This document shows positions 14,497-27,600 of a stretch of DNA of 64,000 nt, in pieces. Numbering within the stretch: the stretch's first letter is position 1; every line of letters starts with the position of its first letter. The notes under the pieces were generated by a model. That model was not told the DNA's origin, did not search any database, and saw nothing but the letters and a program-made list of their open reading frames with translations. The position numbers were made by a program, and so were the translations under genes. The DNA comes from Paraphysomonas bandaiensis (lineage: Eukaryota > Protista > Chrysophyceae): NCBI GenBank assembly GCA_965644295.1, contig CBFFRP010000015.1, positions 55,926 to 119,925 on the forward strand. The letters are read 5' to 3'.

Positions 14497-16388
14497 ATGA
14501 TGGAGGATGGAGAAAGCTATCCATCACTCGATCTTCCACCTACAATAGATCGTAAACTATATAAACTTGATAGTTATATGAGTGATGTAAGCTCACCGTC
14601 AATATCGCAGAGATATTCTGGTTTTGATGAAGCATTTTGGCATAAAATTGTACGATCTGCTGACGGTTTAGAGAATCTTACATCAGAAGATGCAAAGAAA
14701 CTTATTGCTGTGCTTCGAGATGAGGATCATCCAACTACTGAGAGTTATATAGTTTCGAAGATATTCAATCGCTTAAAGAGACAAGAGGATGTATTGGATG
14801 AAGGCTTCTTTCGTTACCTTAGTGAGAACTATAACAAGATAGTTGCGAGCCCTTCAGTTTCTGGTCAAGAATTTAGCACAGGTAATGAAAAACCGCCATA
14901 TGATGGCTGCTCAGATCATGCGAACGGCAGTGATGCACTAACGAACGAAACCACTGAGGTATCTGTCTGTAACATATATGATGGCCGTCTAACTAACATC
15001 TGATATAGCTTCGGCGTGTGTCCAGCTCTGCCAGCGAAATATTGAAAGGGATTGATAAGTGGGATTTTAGAATATTTGAGTTGTACGAGGTTGCAGCGAA
15101 GCCTATTGTTGCCGTTACTCTGCACTGTCTAGGAGAATTGAATCTCATTGATGCCCTAGACTTCCATGAAGATAGACTGCGCAGTTTTATGCATTGCATC
15201 CATGAGGCTTATAATGATCTACCCTACCACAATGCTCTACATGGTGCTGACGTCACTCAAACAGTATTTTATTTTCTCTCTACTGCCCGAGCACTGGAGG
15301 CCTTACAGCTCAATCAAATTGCAGCTGCCTCCATTATTATTGCTGCAGCCATTCACGATGTTGGACACCCCGGGCTAAACGGTAAATTTCTAATTACTAC
15401 GAATTCCGCGATCGCAATAGAGTACAGCGATAAGTCTCCCCTAGAAATGATGCATCTGGCGACAGCGTTTAGACTTTGGAGAATGGATGAGAATAATTTC
15501 ACTGACAAAATCCCAGTCGCTATATACCGGGAGATGCGTCGCCTCATTGTAGAAATGGTTCTGCTCACTGACAATGACATGCACTTTGTTCTTTTGAATC
15601 GTCTCGACCGCCTAATCACAGTACATTCCTCCTCACCCGAGCAACCGTCCTCCCCTTCAGCCATGGAATGTGCCGTAGAGGTGCCCACCACGTTCTACTC
15701 ATTGTCGTCCCGCACCCCTGCTTCGCATCCGAATACTGACGACAGACAGCTCCTGCTCCTACAGGTATCATAATTGCCCAGAGCTCCGATGAGTCGATTC
15801 TTACACCACATGTTTAGGTTACCCTTCATACTGCGGATGTGTCAAACACAGCCAAACCATGGAGCACCTATAACAAGTGGCTAGAGAGAATTATGGACGA
15901 GTTCTACCTACAGGGAGACATGGAACGCTCTCTGGATATGCCTATTTCATATGCATTCGACCGACGGAATCCAGTGAATCAGTCCAAGTTTCAAGTGGTA
16001 TGCTCCTTATTTGATTGCTGTGTATATGCCCTGATAATATTTATAGGGATTCATTAAAGCGATCGTCGGACCTTTGTACAAAACTTTTTCCAAGGTTGAG
16101 GGCATCAACATATCCGAATGTCTGAACCACCTATCAAGCAATGCCAGAGTTTGGAAGGAAGCCATTGCAGAGGAAGAATCTCCTTCAGTTCTCCTGAAGT
16201 TGAGCCGTGATGACAGGTAGAGGGTGTACCATTGCTTGGTATTTCGTCAATAATATGTATGTTGTAGTGAGGATCCATCTCCAAATGGTCTCACACATTT
16301 CGACAAACGAGCACGTCGGGTATCGCCTATAATATTTGATGGTCGCCATTCTTCCGCTTCGCCTATGACGTTTGATAATCCGTCGTGA
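14497..16388 (+). CDS. Class I 3',5'-cyclic nucleotide phosphodiesterase (multi-exon)
   Basis: PDEase_I motifs YHNALHGADV, AAAIHDVGHPG, SPLEMMH, LHTADVSN, EFYLQGDME and SKFQVGFI. Confidence 0.93.
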
Positions 16389-16811
16389 ATACACCATCGG
16401 CTATGGTGTCTGCTGCGAGGCAAATGGATATGTTTTATTATGCGTTCTGCTCCACTGATTGCGTCCATCAATCGTCATAATATTGACCTGTAAAATGATA
16501 CGTCAGTACTAACTATAAAGCAACATATTTGTCAGTAATGCTACGATGTGTGTTTTACCCTTTAACCCAGCGGTTTGTATTTGTTGAAACGAATGTTACC
16601 GATACTATTCTACCAGAGTTTTTTCTGCTTCAGCCTAAATGTATGCTGCTAAGGTTTATAATATGAATTTGATGAATATGCATATTAAGATTTACAATGC
16701 TAGCGCGATATTTTTAGTCAGAAACAGTGTTACCGGAGTAATCTTATTTCTTATGTCAACACCTGGAAAATCTACCAGTCTGTTGAGTATTGCTAATTTG
16801 TAAGCAATTAA

Positions 16812-17545
16812 AAGCTGTAGTGAATGACCTGTTATCAGCAATATAGGCAATAGGCGTGTAAGAGTCTGAACTGATGTAGCAAAGAAATTTAGCTAACAAG
16901 TTCTTAACTCTGATATCCTACTATTAAGCGCTACGGATACTGCTCCTTGTGTAAGTGTGAGAGTATCACACTGACGTGCAGTCCTTCAGTGTAAAGAGGT
17001 GCGGTTCATCAGGGGCATTCAGGGGAACCCGCTTTGGGGTAGAGGGGTCCGCGAAGCTTAAGGGAGGGTCAGAGTTATGTAGATGGTAGATGGGACCCCC
17101 TCAGCAAAGTCTGACTCGCACCTTTTCGTGATGCTATGGAAGATAAGTACCGGAGATAGTTCTCCGGGAAACTAACGTCAGCAGATATTGTTCTTCCCAC
17201 TCATATAGCCAAACGCTTGTGTGTGGTACAAGAAGGGACACTAATAAGTGTTCTTTGGACCTTGACGAATAAACAAGCATCCAGGAATGGGCCCACCTCA
17301 GGGGCATCCAGGGTATTGGGGGCTGCCTGCTAAAGTCAAACATCCGGGCTGTTCATCTTTTAAAGACAGTGAGCTAAAGTGGTCGCACCTTGGTGCTGCG
17401 GTGACGCACAAGCAGCTTTCATAGCGCTAGTAGGATATCAGATTTAAGCACTAGATAGTTACATTGTTTTGCTAGACTAGTTCTGACGCATATATATACG
17501 CCTATTGCTAATAATCAAATATATTAATCAGACATTCACTACTAT
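16812..17545. mobile_element. Repeat family A, copy 1: ~730-bp non-coding element with ~130-bp imperfect inverted arms (MITE/foldback-like)
   Basis: Left arm (~16818-16944, ...agcaat...aggcgt..aagagtc...tgatatcctacta..agcgcta) is the inverse of the right arm (~17411-17542). The interior matches copies at 23.3, 33.2 and 45.2 kb. No TSD seen. Confidence 0.75.
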
Positions 17546-17656
17546 AGCTAGTTAACTTAAAGTGAATATGTAAAATTTCACGACGAAAGATAGTTTTTTC
17601 TTTCAATCTTAGTATATGTTGAGTGGTGCAGTAATTTAAAGCAGTATGATGTGAAT

Positions 17657-18306
17657 CAGGGTTGGGTAACTATATATTGAATTGCAAATTATTATAAATA
17701 ATATATATAGTATATTGATTGGCGGACCAACCAAAAATTCCATAAATGTTGCTTTGTTAACAAGTAGCACACAATATATTGCAATAAATATACCAAGAGC
17801 TTCTTAATACAAGTCTATGACATTGTATGTTCCGATAGTAATTGCAGCTATATCACAGAGGATGGTGAAGCTGATATTGGCTATATATGCGGTAAAATTT
17901 CTTCGTCGGCTGCGGAAAAACTAGGAAACAAAAAGTAGAAAATATAGAAGTACAATTTTCGAGTTATATGTTGTATGTACATTGTGAACGCAGCAAAACT
18001 TATTTTATCAGTGCTGCGCAAACCTATGCATCATACTACACTTAATATGATATGGTGATAACCCGATGATGGCTCAGAGGATGAGTATGAGGGAAGTTGT
18101 GATAAGATAAACAGTAGCAGCGAAGTGGGTTTGGTTATCATGTGACCTTCATGACTAGTGCTAAGAATATGGAACAATGGATGCTCAATGCTACCAATAA
18201 AACATTGCAATAGTATTGTTGGGCTAGTAGTAAAACCTTCATCAATAGTATTGATGGAACGCTATATGTAACAGTAGTATTGCAATATATGTGTTACAGA
18301 ACCGTG
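17657..18306 (+). mobile_element. Older, diverged copy of the non-autonomous hAT-type element at 35816-36607 (opposite orientation)
   Basis: Starts cagggttgggtaactatatattg and ends caatatatgtgttacagaaccgtg. Shares internal blocks with the reverse complement of 35816-36607 (ccgatgatggctcagaggatgag; ggtttggtt.tcatgtga; catcaatagtattgatggaacgctat). TSD no longer recognisable. Confidence 0.75.
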
Positions 18307-19006
18307 ATGCTGTGAGTTAAGAAACTATATCAGTCAGTAGAACTGAAATACAGTGACTGCATTAGGTATTAGTTGTTGTGACGATGTAGATTTATTAAAT
18401 CACATTTTCGACAATTAATTATTAAGTGCAACTACAGTTCAGTCACCTAATATAAAAGTCAAACATAAATGCTAATTCTGATACTGCAAGGTTAACATGT
18501 AGTTTGAGGTTTGAGGATAACTTAGATGTTTAGTGGGACTAAGTCTACATGACGATTGTTTATGTGATGAATATAAACGCTATTGCTAAATTATTACAAT
18601 CTGTTCAGTAATTGTGAGTTGAATCAGTTGCTACAGTCTAAACAATGCCAAAGTCTAACAAAATGTGAAATGCGGGCCAATAGAAAACACATGTATTGTG
18701 ATCCATCGTAAATCAGAATAGGCTACAGGCTACAGAAAGTACATAATTCAGCAAAAGTAAAACAGCATTCGCCATAGAATTTGTGATCAAGAAGAGATCC
18801 TTACTATTGACATATAGGAATACTGCATGCAGAGGTCAACAGAATGTCATATCCATGAACTCTACAAATAAAACTAACGCAGTTGATCAAACGCCCATCA
18901 TGCTACAAGATAATCCACGCACTAGCAACAGTACAAGAATACCCACTCGGCAAGAATACAAGTATAATGTACCCACAGGAGCTGCATACGGACACATATC
19001 AACTGC

Positions 19007-22000
19007 TCAAGCGTCCTGTTGGCCCTTCGGCTTCGGCTTCTTTTTTTTCTTCCCAGCGTTGCCTGCTACCTGAGCTGCATTAAGCTTCTTCGAATCCTTA
19101 GTGCCGGGAATATCGCCCCTCGCCGCAGCCACCGCTGCAATACCCATGCCCGTACCTCCTGCAGTTGACCTGAGTTGAGTAGGGGGCTTTCCCTCTTTGC
19201 GACGAATGAACTCTGTTGCGAACTGTGATACCTGCACAACCACACCTAAGTAGATCACATTAAAATGTTAAGGAGGAAGTCACCTGAGGGGTAGATCCGA
19301 GGTAGTCGGCCAGATACTCCCGTATTTCAACAGCTGACTTGAGTGTTAGACAAAACTCTATGAGTGCAATGTCCTCAGTGCTGCTTTTGTTCTCGCCATT
19401 TAGTCGCTTCAGCTGCATCACACTCCAATCCACCAAATCACTTGACGAGTGTTTCTTTGACGTAGGTCCACTGCTCCCTCCAATCTGCTGCTGACCATTT
19501 GAGTTCTTGGCACCTGTTGTGGCTTGTTTCTTAGGCACCGGAGTCGGCTTTGTTGCTACTTTTATGGAAGATTGGGTAGTAGAAGGCACTGAAGCAGGAG
19601 CATTTCCATGGGACACAGGCATTGTGGTAGATTCAATAGCAGAGTCACTACTCTTCATAGACTGAGCGGCTATCCACTTGGCAGGGACTCCACCACTCCT
19701 AGTCCCTCCCGCCTTTGAGGCCCAGGACCCTGCTCCTACTGGGCGTTCACTTCCTCCAGAAAGTTGCTTCTCGCCTTCCATGATATCCATAAGTGATGCT
19801 GATCCGTGGGAAGGGGCAGATGGAACTTTCCATTGTGATGAACCAGATTCACTGGCTGCTGGAGGGCCTCGTTTTACTCTCATATCCTTCTCTTGCTCTT
19901 GTTGGATATCTCGTAGTGATGAACCAGAATGAGCGCTAGGGGACGAACCCCAAGCAACACCTCCACTCTTGCCGCCACCGGCACCGCCCACGCCCAACAG
20001 GTTCTTCAACTGGAAACTACGTGCAGACATGCCTGCACTAGTCTCTCCAGCTGCTTCTCTACGTCGGGTGGCAGCCTCCTCCTGACGCTGTATCTCAATT
20101 AGTGTAGGAGTCGTCGTAGGTTCACTAACTCCCCATACACCAGCAGCAGAGCTCGAGGACGAAGACTCCTGTAATTACATATGGATGATTCAATGATCAC
20201 TGACGTTCAATGTACTGTACCTTCACCTTAGACTTCTGGGGTACAGGCGCTACATCCTTCTTCGGCTTAGTTTTATTCGGAGAGCTAGAATTACCAGCTG
20301 TACTAGCAGCAGCTACAGAAGCGATCGGCTGTTGCTGCTGAGATGGAGCTGACCGCATTTCAGTTACCGTAAGCGGCTGCTGTGATTGTTGCTGGGTACC
20401 GCCTCTGCTGCTGCTGCTAACTGTACCACCAGATGCAGGCTTCGTTGATAACTCCAGCGGTTTCTCCTGTTGTCTGGCCTCCTTGTGAGGAATGTGCTGC
20501 TCCGACTGGACTTTGACTGGCATGGGTTTGCCGGGCTCCATTACAGGGCCTGTGAACGCCGAACTCAGAATTGGGAAAACAGTACCCAAGTGATAAAATT
20601 TCCCTTCTGTCCACCTAGATAAACGAATTGGCAGATGTTCCTTGAAATATCCAGACTCCAGCCATCGTCTCATTGACTTCGTATCAAAAGGTCCTTGAAC
20701 ATTCTCCTGGGGATCTCTGTAGTACCACTCCTCCGTTAGCGGGGTGGGAGGAACTGGGGAGGGTTTCGTAGGAGGAACCTGAGATGCAGACACAGCTGTG
20801 GAATCAGCAACATTAACTTGGACAACCTTTTCTGTAATAGATGAAGTTGCTACATTTGTTGCAGGCTGTGTATGAGTCCCCGATGCGGCAGGGATTGGAG
20901 CAGGTTTATCAAACCCCATGTTCTCCAGCCCGGCCTCAAGAATACTGACACCTTCTGAATCTTCTTCTAGCACATCAGGCACTTGGATATCTAGTTCATC
21001 TCCAGCAAGCGCAGCATCGTCATTTATCAGAGACTCCAGCAACGTGTCATCAGTGGACTTTTGCACTTTGGCGGCCAATAAAGACTTGACGTCAGAGGAG
21101 CCAACAGGCTGCTCGTCCGAGACGACGATACCACCACTTCCGGATCCTGTTTGGGACTTCACACTCAGTGTCTACACCGCTAAATTATCCCTTTACGTAA
21201 AATAAAAAACTCATACCTCCAACAACAAGCTGCGGCCCTTCTGATTCCCCTTCCCCTGTGCGCCATCCCCTGCTCCAGGGTCAGTAGTGGCGGGTAGGTC
21301 CTCCGCGCCCCACTCTGGTATCTTCTCCTCTTGCTCCCGCATTAGAGCCTCCATTGCTTCATCTCCTTCTCGGAAGTACAGTTCCGTTGTTCCGGGCTTG
21401 TACACACTGGCCTCGGAAAACTTGAGTGTAGCAGCAGCGAAATCCGCGAGGTCAAGAGTTTTCCCCCCGACGTTATTTGGCTTAATGTCGTCCCAGAGTA
21501 CAGCATCATCACCATCTCCGCCATAGTGCTGGTTGTTGTCACCGTCACCACCTGATTTAGTGAGCGGCGTTCTTCATTCATGATTTAGCATATACATACT
21601 CAAAATATTACCTTTTCCGCGGCCTCTTCCCCTTCCTTTCGCAGGTCCTTCCTTTCGACCAGAATCGCTGGAATTCCATATCCGCAGCACCTGTCAGCAC
21701 AAACGAACTTAAAACTTACAACCTACAAATCAACAATTGTACCTCGTCTGCATCAAAAGGCTGTAAACACTCTGGCTCAAGCGCTGTAGCGGACACAATG
21801 TCACCCATCCCTTCCATTTCTGGCACGCATTTGGTAACACGACGCAGAGCAAGAATCTCATCCCGTGTGAACCGAATAACTGCATCAACAATCAGATACA
21901 TCATCTCTATAAAACACTGCGTGATAACCTTTTTTCTTTGAAGCTTCTTGATTAGCAGCTGTACGACTTCTATCTGCTCCAAAATCTTGTTTCGATAGAG

Positions 22001-22220
22001 TGAACTGAGGGGCCAATCGTCTTGATTTAGTGGAAGAGACATCTGTCCATGCGTTGCTGTCATTAGCTGTATCAGAAGTATCTTGAGATGTTAATTGTTC
22101 ATCTGTAGACGGTGTATCAGATGTGTTAGTATTTACTTCTCCTGATACGACAGTAGAGGGATCTGTGGGCCCTTCCTCATCATCCAGCATCTCAAACACA
22201 TTCTTTCCTTGATCTGACAT
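19007..22220 (-). CDS. GYF-domain protein (GIGYF/Smy2-like, multi-exon)
   Basis: GYF domain WYYRDPQENVQGPFDTKSMRRWLESGYF; N-terminal RFTRDEILALR (4EHP-binding-like YxxxxL-type motif); C-terminal IREYLADYLGST...FATEFIRRK typical of GIGYF proteins. Confidence 0.85.
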
Positions 22221-23322
22221 ATTCGTAAGGAGGTAAGTAATGTATGAATTCAACAAACTATTGTTTCGTAAGTATATATCTACACGAGAGGCAGCACGGC
22301 GCAATTGATGCCTCAAATATATATATATGTATATGTATGTATGTAATTCAATTCCTTATGTATGTAAATAGAGGGAGGTGGATGTGTGTGTATGAAGATT
22401 GTTGTATGGAGGTTGTATATGGAGGTTGGTAGGTACGTGTAGGTGTGTATGTATGATGCTGCTGTGTGATATGATGAGAACCTGATCTGACACACCACAA
22501 AGCATCCCACGTAGCTGCTGATGGTGCTGTATGTTAATTGTGTTTGGGCGGCCAAAAAAGCGCTAGATTTTTCAAAAATCCAGGCTAAAAATCCGCTGAA
22601 TGAACCGAACACAGACGGATATCAGCACAGCATATCATGCATATCTATCTGCCTGTACAGTGCGTGGATGTATCAAGAGCATATAGTCATTACACACACC
22701 AGAACATGTAGTTCTCTCATACTTCTCCATGATCCTACATGACTATCGACCTTAACCAATCATAGCATTGACGGAGTTGATCGTATCAGTTTATCATATG
22801 GAGACTGTCGTCAGCTTCGAGACACGTCTTTGATATGATCATCATTCGCTTCAGAGGCACCGGTTTCTGGAGCAATTGGACCACAATCAATATCTTCAGG
22901 GCCCACGAAGTACACTTGTACTCCTCTGTAGTGGGTCAGACATAAAGCACTGCTGTATATGCTTAGAAGTACTATTGAACGAGCTCATAGGGGTGGTCAC
23001 ATGAATGGTGGAATCATTTCTATTACACCAGTTAATACAAGTTTGTTGTTCAGTAGTTAGTCAGCATATTGAGTGACGGCTCTTGTCAACAAATAATATC
23101 TGTTGTCACTGACTGACAAGTTGAGTGTTGCTTAGAATCTATAGTGTGTTCCCAAGCGGAAATGAAGATTCTTTACAACGTAAACAATAAGCGAAATATG
23201 TTGTGCTATTGATAGAAGAATCACGAAATGGCACCTCCAACCTGCGTCATGTCAGTATACATACCGTTCTTCTTATGCAGTATGCGGTCCACGGACAGTT
23301 CATTCACCGTCTATTTCTTTAT

Positions 23323-23885
23323 TGAAAGTCTTATTATTAGCAATAGGCGTTAAGAATCAGCACCAGTTTAGTAGCTAGATGAGAACTAGTCAAGCTAGAT
23401 AGACGTCTACCTGTAACTAACTAGTACAAACTCTATTATCCTACTATGTAACGCAAAGGAGGCTGCTTGTGCGTCGCCGCAAGCACCAAGGTGCAACCAC
23501 CTCCGCTCTATCGCTCAAAGCAAACGCTGTGAGCAAGCAAAATGTTGATATACCTGACATCTGCTGACTTCAGTTTTTGTTAGTCCTTAAGGTGAACATC
23601 ACGGATGCTTGACTTCAGCAGACAGCCCAATACCCCGGTAACCCTTGAGGTGGGCCCTGTCCTAGATGCCCTTGAGGGGGGCCTATTTCCGGATGTCTGT
23701 TTATTCGTCAAGGCCCAAAGACGTCTACACAAATTACACCTGTACCACACAAGCATTCGGCTATGAGTGGGCAGAACAATATCTGCTGTCTATGTTTGCG
23801 GTTCACGTTAGTTTCCTGGAGAAATATCTCCTGTACTTATCCCCCAGAACACCACAAAAAGGTGCGAGTCCGACTTTGTTCAGGG
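23323..23885 (+). repeat. Repeat family A, copy 2 (one arm plus interior)
   Basis: tgaaagtcttattattagcaataggcgt...gctgcttgtgcgtcgccgcaagcaccaaggtgc...tgtttattcgtcaaggcccaaaga...aaaggtgcgagtccgactttgtt, collinear with copy 1. Confidence 0.8.
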
Positions 23886-24616
23886 TAACTATTTCTGCAC
23901 GCTATGGCTGCCGCTAGTGAATGACCTAAATGACAAACGTTCTTTGGATGTCCTGCGAGACAATCGGGAAACCTATAATACCTTTATCGCTGATTTTATT
24001 CATCGCCTCCAGTTTGTTACGTAGTGTACTAGTCATTATAATTGAATGGTAATGCATCACAGGCAACGTGTCGACCTGATAGAAAATGAGTCACTTCAGA
24101 AACAATCTCAGAAGAAAACGACCAATATATGGTAGAGCAGGCTGATTACACCATAAGACAATAATGTTATCTCAGTAGACTTACGAGACTTACGATCGAA
24201 TTTCATAAGTTGGTAATAGTGATGTGTAAAGGTGTCGAAAATGATAATTTTTGCGCAGTACTCATAGAAGATACCAGGTGGAAAACCAGATATAGACACC
24301 TTGCTATTAACAATTGGGCTCATTAACAATTATTACTTACTATAAAATTTATAGTTCACTCAAGGTACTCTAGAGATAAGCGTTGAAATACGCATATATA
24401 TAACTACTATGTTTCCATATATAGAATGTAGTAGAATGTATTAGCAATATATTATGATATAAGATACGAAGCTCGGTGCTGAAGTAATATCTCCCTCCTA
24501 ATTTCTAATTTCAGAGAATTAGTCTCAGTTATGCAAAGCAAATATTAGTGGTTACTCGATATCGATGATATTATAATGAGAGGCATACACATGTGCCATT
24601 TATATACTACTCCAAT

Positions 24617-27600
24617 TTAGCGTAAACGTTGTGACAACATGTTAGACAGTTTACTTTCTTCTTTCTCCGCATTATCATACTCAGCATCTAAGGCCGTAAG
24701 TGCCTGGCTTAACTTTCTATTGGACATCATTGACGACAGCGCTTGTTTCAGTAGCCCCGCAAGGTGCCTATGAGCATACGTCTGACACTGACTCAGTGCC
24801 CACCGGATTGTTTCATCTTCTGTCAGATAGAGTGCTTTGATGTACATGTCCACGTACTGTCTTCCCCGGGGTGGGCGACACACATGGCGCGAATCCAATC
24901 CAGTGTGAAGCGCAGATACGTCCATTGTCATGGAAGCCCTTCCCTCCGTGCTGCATTTGCGCACACGAGATAACCCCTCTAAGACAGCATCGAATGCTGC
25001 CTGGCATATCTCTAGCCACACCTTCAGTAAAATGCGTTAACTAGTAGAGACGTCACTGATTTCTATATACCTGTTCTCTCACTAAGGTGGATGCCTCAGC
25101 AAACTCATCGCCGGCTTCCATGTATTCCCAAACCTGTGTATGTTGGTTATGGTTTCTAAATACAGCACGATACCAGCTTACATCTATGCAATTGTCGATT
25201 AGTGTATCGACCCACTCGTGTGGTTCCTCCCGCATCTTCTTTTGGTCCCACCCTGACTGCTCCAGCATAATACTCACTATCTACACAACAAGAATATTCA
25301 AATACATCATTAACACTATAAGTGCGCAGCACCTCGTTTTGTTTTACAAGATCGGGGCACATCGCCCGATAAACCAGAGAACGGAGCTGTCCAGATATCT
25401 GCTGGAAATCCGATATGTGATTCTCTGAGGTCTGCTTATGGGCCTCCGGTAGTAAGCTCAAAACCTTTGGTTTGATCTCTCCAAGTATCTGTAGGTATTG
25501 TTAGCCGCAGAAGATCATGCATATTACCAATCACCTTTGCAGCAAACCAGCAGCTCTCTGCAGCCACAACCCTTTCATTGAGTGCATTAAATGAAGAGGG
25601 CTCCGGAAATTGTACAGCGTGCGGTGGCTGCAAGTTCTTGAGCACATCGGATGAGCAGAATATATTAGTGAATTGTACACCATCCTCCGCCCAGAGTCCG
25701 CTATTACTACCCGGTCCACCGAGTTGCCCAGGAGAGCGCCCCCCTACCCCTACTCCACTTAGCAGACCTCGGCTGCCGGAAGAAGAGAGAGAGAAGAGAA
25801 ACTGCATACGATGCGCCAGGGCCTGCGGAAAATATTTACAAACGGATAAGTCAGAATAAATACTGGCACCTCAAAGTCCTTAGCTTGTAGAGGCGGAGGT
25901 GCGATGCTGCGCGGGAGATTTTTCGTGAATAGGCGTGACCTTTCTTCGGAAGATACAAATCCGATGAAAACTGCACAAAGATAAAAATCAAATAGCTGAC
26001 ATAGGCCATTAAATATCTCGGGGGCGGCCGCAGGCATCAACTGCATCATATGGAGATATCGCCCACTTAATTTGGCGAGCCCATGCAATGAAGCCTGAGT
26101 AACAACCATAGCTGATGTCTGCTGCTGGGCACGTCGGCTGAGTGGAACCGCTGTATCATCTTCCAACAGCTTTGACAAAGCCTCCATTAGTAAATTCACC
26201 TCATGCCCAGTGCCGTTAACTTGGTCTCCTGTCGATGATCCTGATACTTGTCTTTTAATTCCATCCACTTTCTCGCTAACAATTTCATCGCCATCCGCGT
26301 CCTCATCTGCTCCAGCAGTCATAAAGTGAAGGGGATTGCCAGAACTGTGGAAGGACATCAGAATACTTTCTTCGAGGCCCTTATCTGCATCGACGTTCTC
26401 AATTTCACTGCGTGCCTCAGTATCCACACTGGTATTTGTATACTTAGCAGCAAGGCTAGACCGATTGGCTGCAAGTATTAAGTTCCGCCTCTGCGCAGCT
26501 TCCATCGCCTCGTTTACCATTCCTCTAATCCTGATGCGTCCACCTTCAACGACCCCTCCTCCAGCAGACTGGTGATGATGCTTGAGAGCGTACATCTTGA
26601 TGATTCCAAGAATGCCACCAACCTCCCCAAGTTGAATTGGAACACTCCGCCAGGGCTCAGACTCCAACAACTGCTGTAAGTATCTGAAGGACTCTAAATG
26701 AATGCTGTTCGCGTATTCCACGGACTTCAGTGCAACGACATGCTTCAATCCGCGACTCTCAGCGTTACAAAATTCCCGCCCAAGTTTTATGATTGTATCC
26801 AACGCCCAGAGCATAGAAGCAAAATCTTCCAGAGGAATAGCCGCAGATGGAGAGATTGCATGTAATAAATCTACAATAGCACGTTCAACTTCCTCCCAAA
26901 GTATAAAGCGGCAGGCTACAAGAGATTGATTCGCATCTGTGAGTCTGGCACTCTGCAAGCGGAGATGCCGAACGTCTTCCGGCGATAACGCACCACCCTC
27001 GCCGTCAGCAACGATATCAGAGCTGATAATTGAGTCTCTAATAACGTCCCCTTCCTGCGATCGCCGTTGTAGCCTGTGCTGATGGTGCCTCTCTGTGGAT
27101 TCAGCACGCCTGCGGCCGCCCTCCTCGTCATCTTCCTCTTCACTGTCAGTGTCAGAGAAATCCTGCTCCCCGTGATCTATAGGGCAGCGGTGCAGGTACC
27201 GCATGTCGTTATTGCGCTCATCAAATGGGCTCTTGTGCCACTGGGTAATGAGATAATTGGTATGAATGACAGAGGCCAACATCTCACAACCCCGAACTAC
27301 GCAAGGTACAACTATACCCGGAGTGATCCGCTCGTACAGCTCCTCACGCGACAACTCGGGAAGGTCCACCATTTGAAGATTGGCATCTGCCTGACCTTTG
27401 GCAGCTGCAGCATTGGCATGTGCGTACATGAGCTCCAGCACTGTGGAGTGCATGCAGGCCCCTATATCTGCCATCTGGTAACGCTGAATTCGCCTCGCAA
27501 GCCCCTCCATACACCCGTCCTCATCGAATACAACCTCCGCGTCTCCATCTCCTGCCTCCCCTGCCCCCGCCCGGGCTACCACTCTTACTCCCAGGCTCTC

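Noticed and set aside
16985-17015. CTGATGA on the minus strand of repeat A copy 1 as a hammerhead ribozyme core
   Set aside because: No stem II followed by GAAA could be built by eye.
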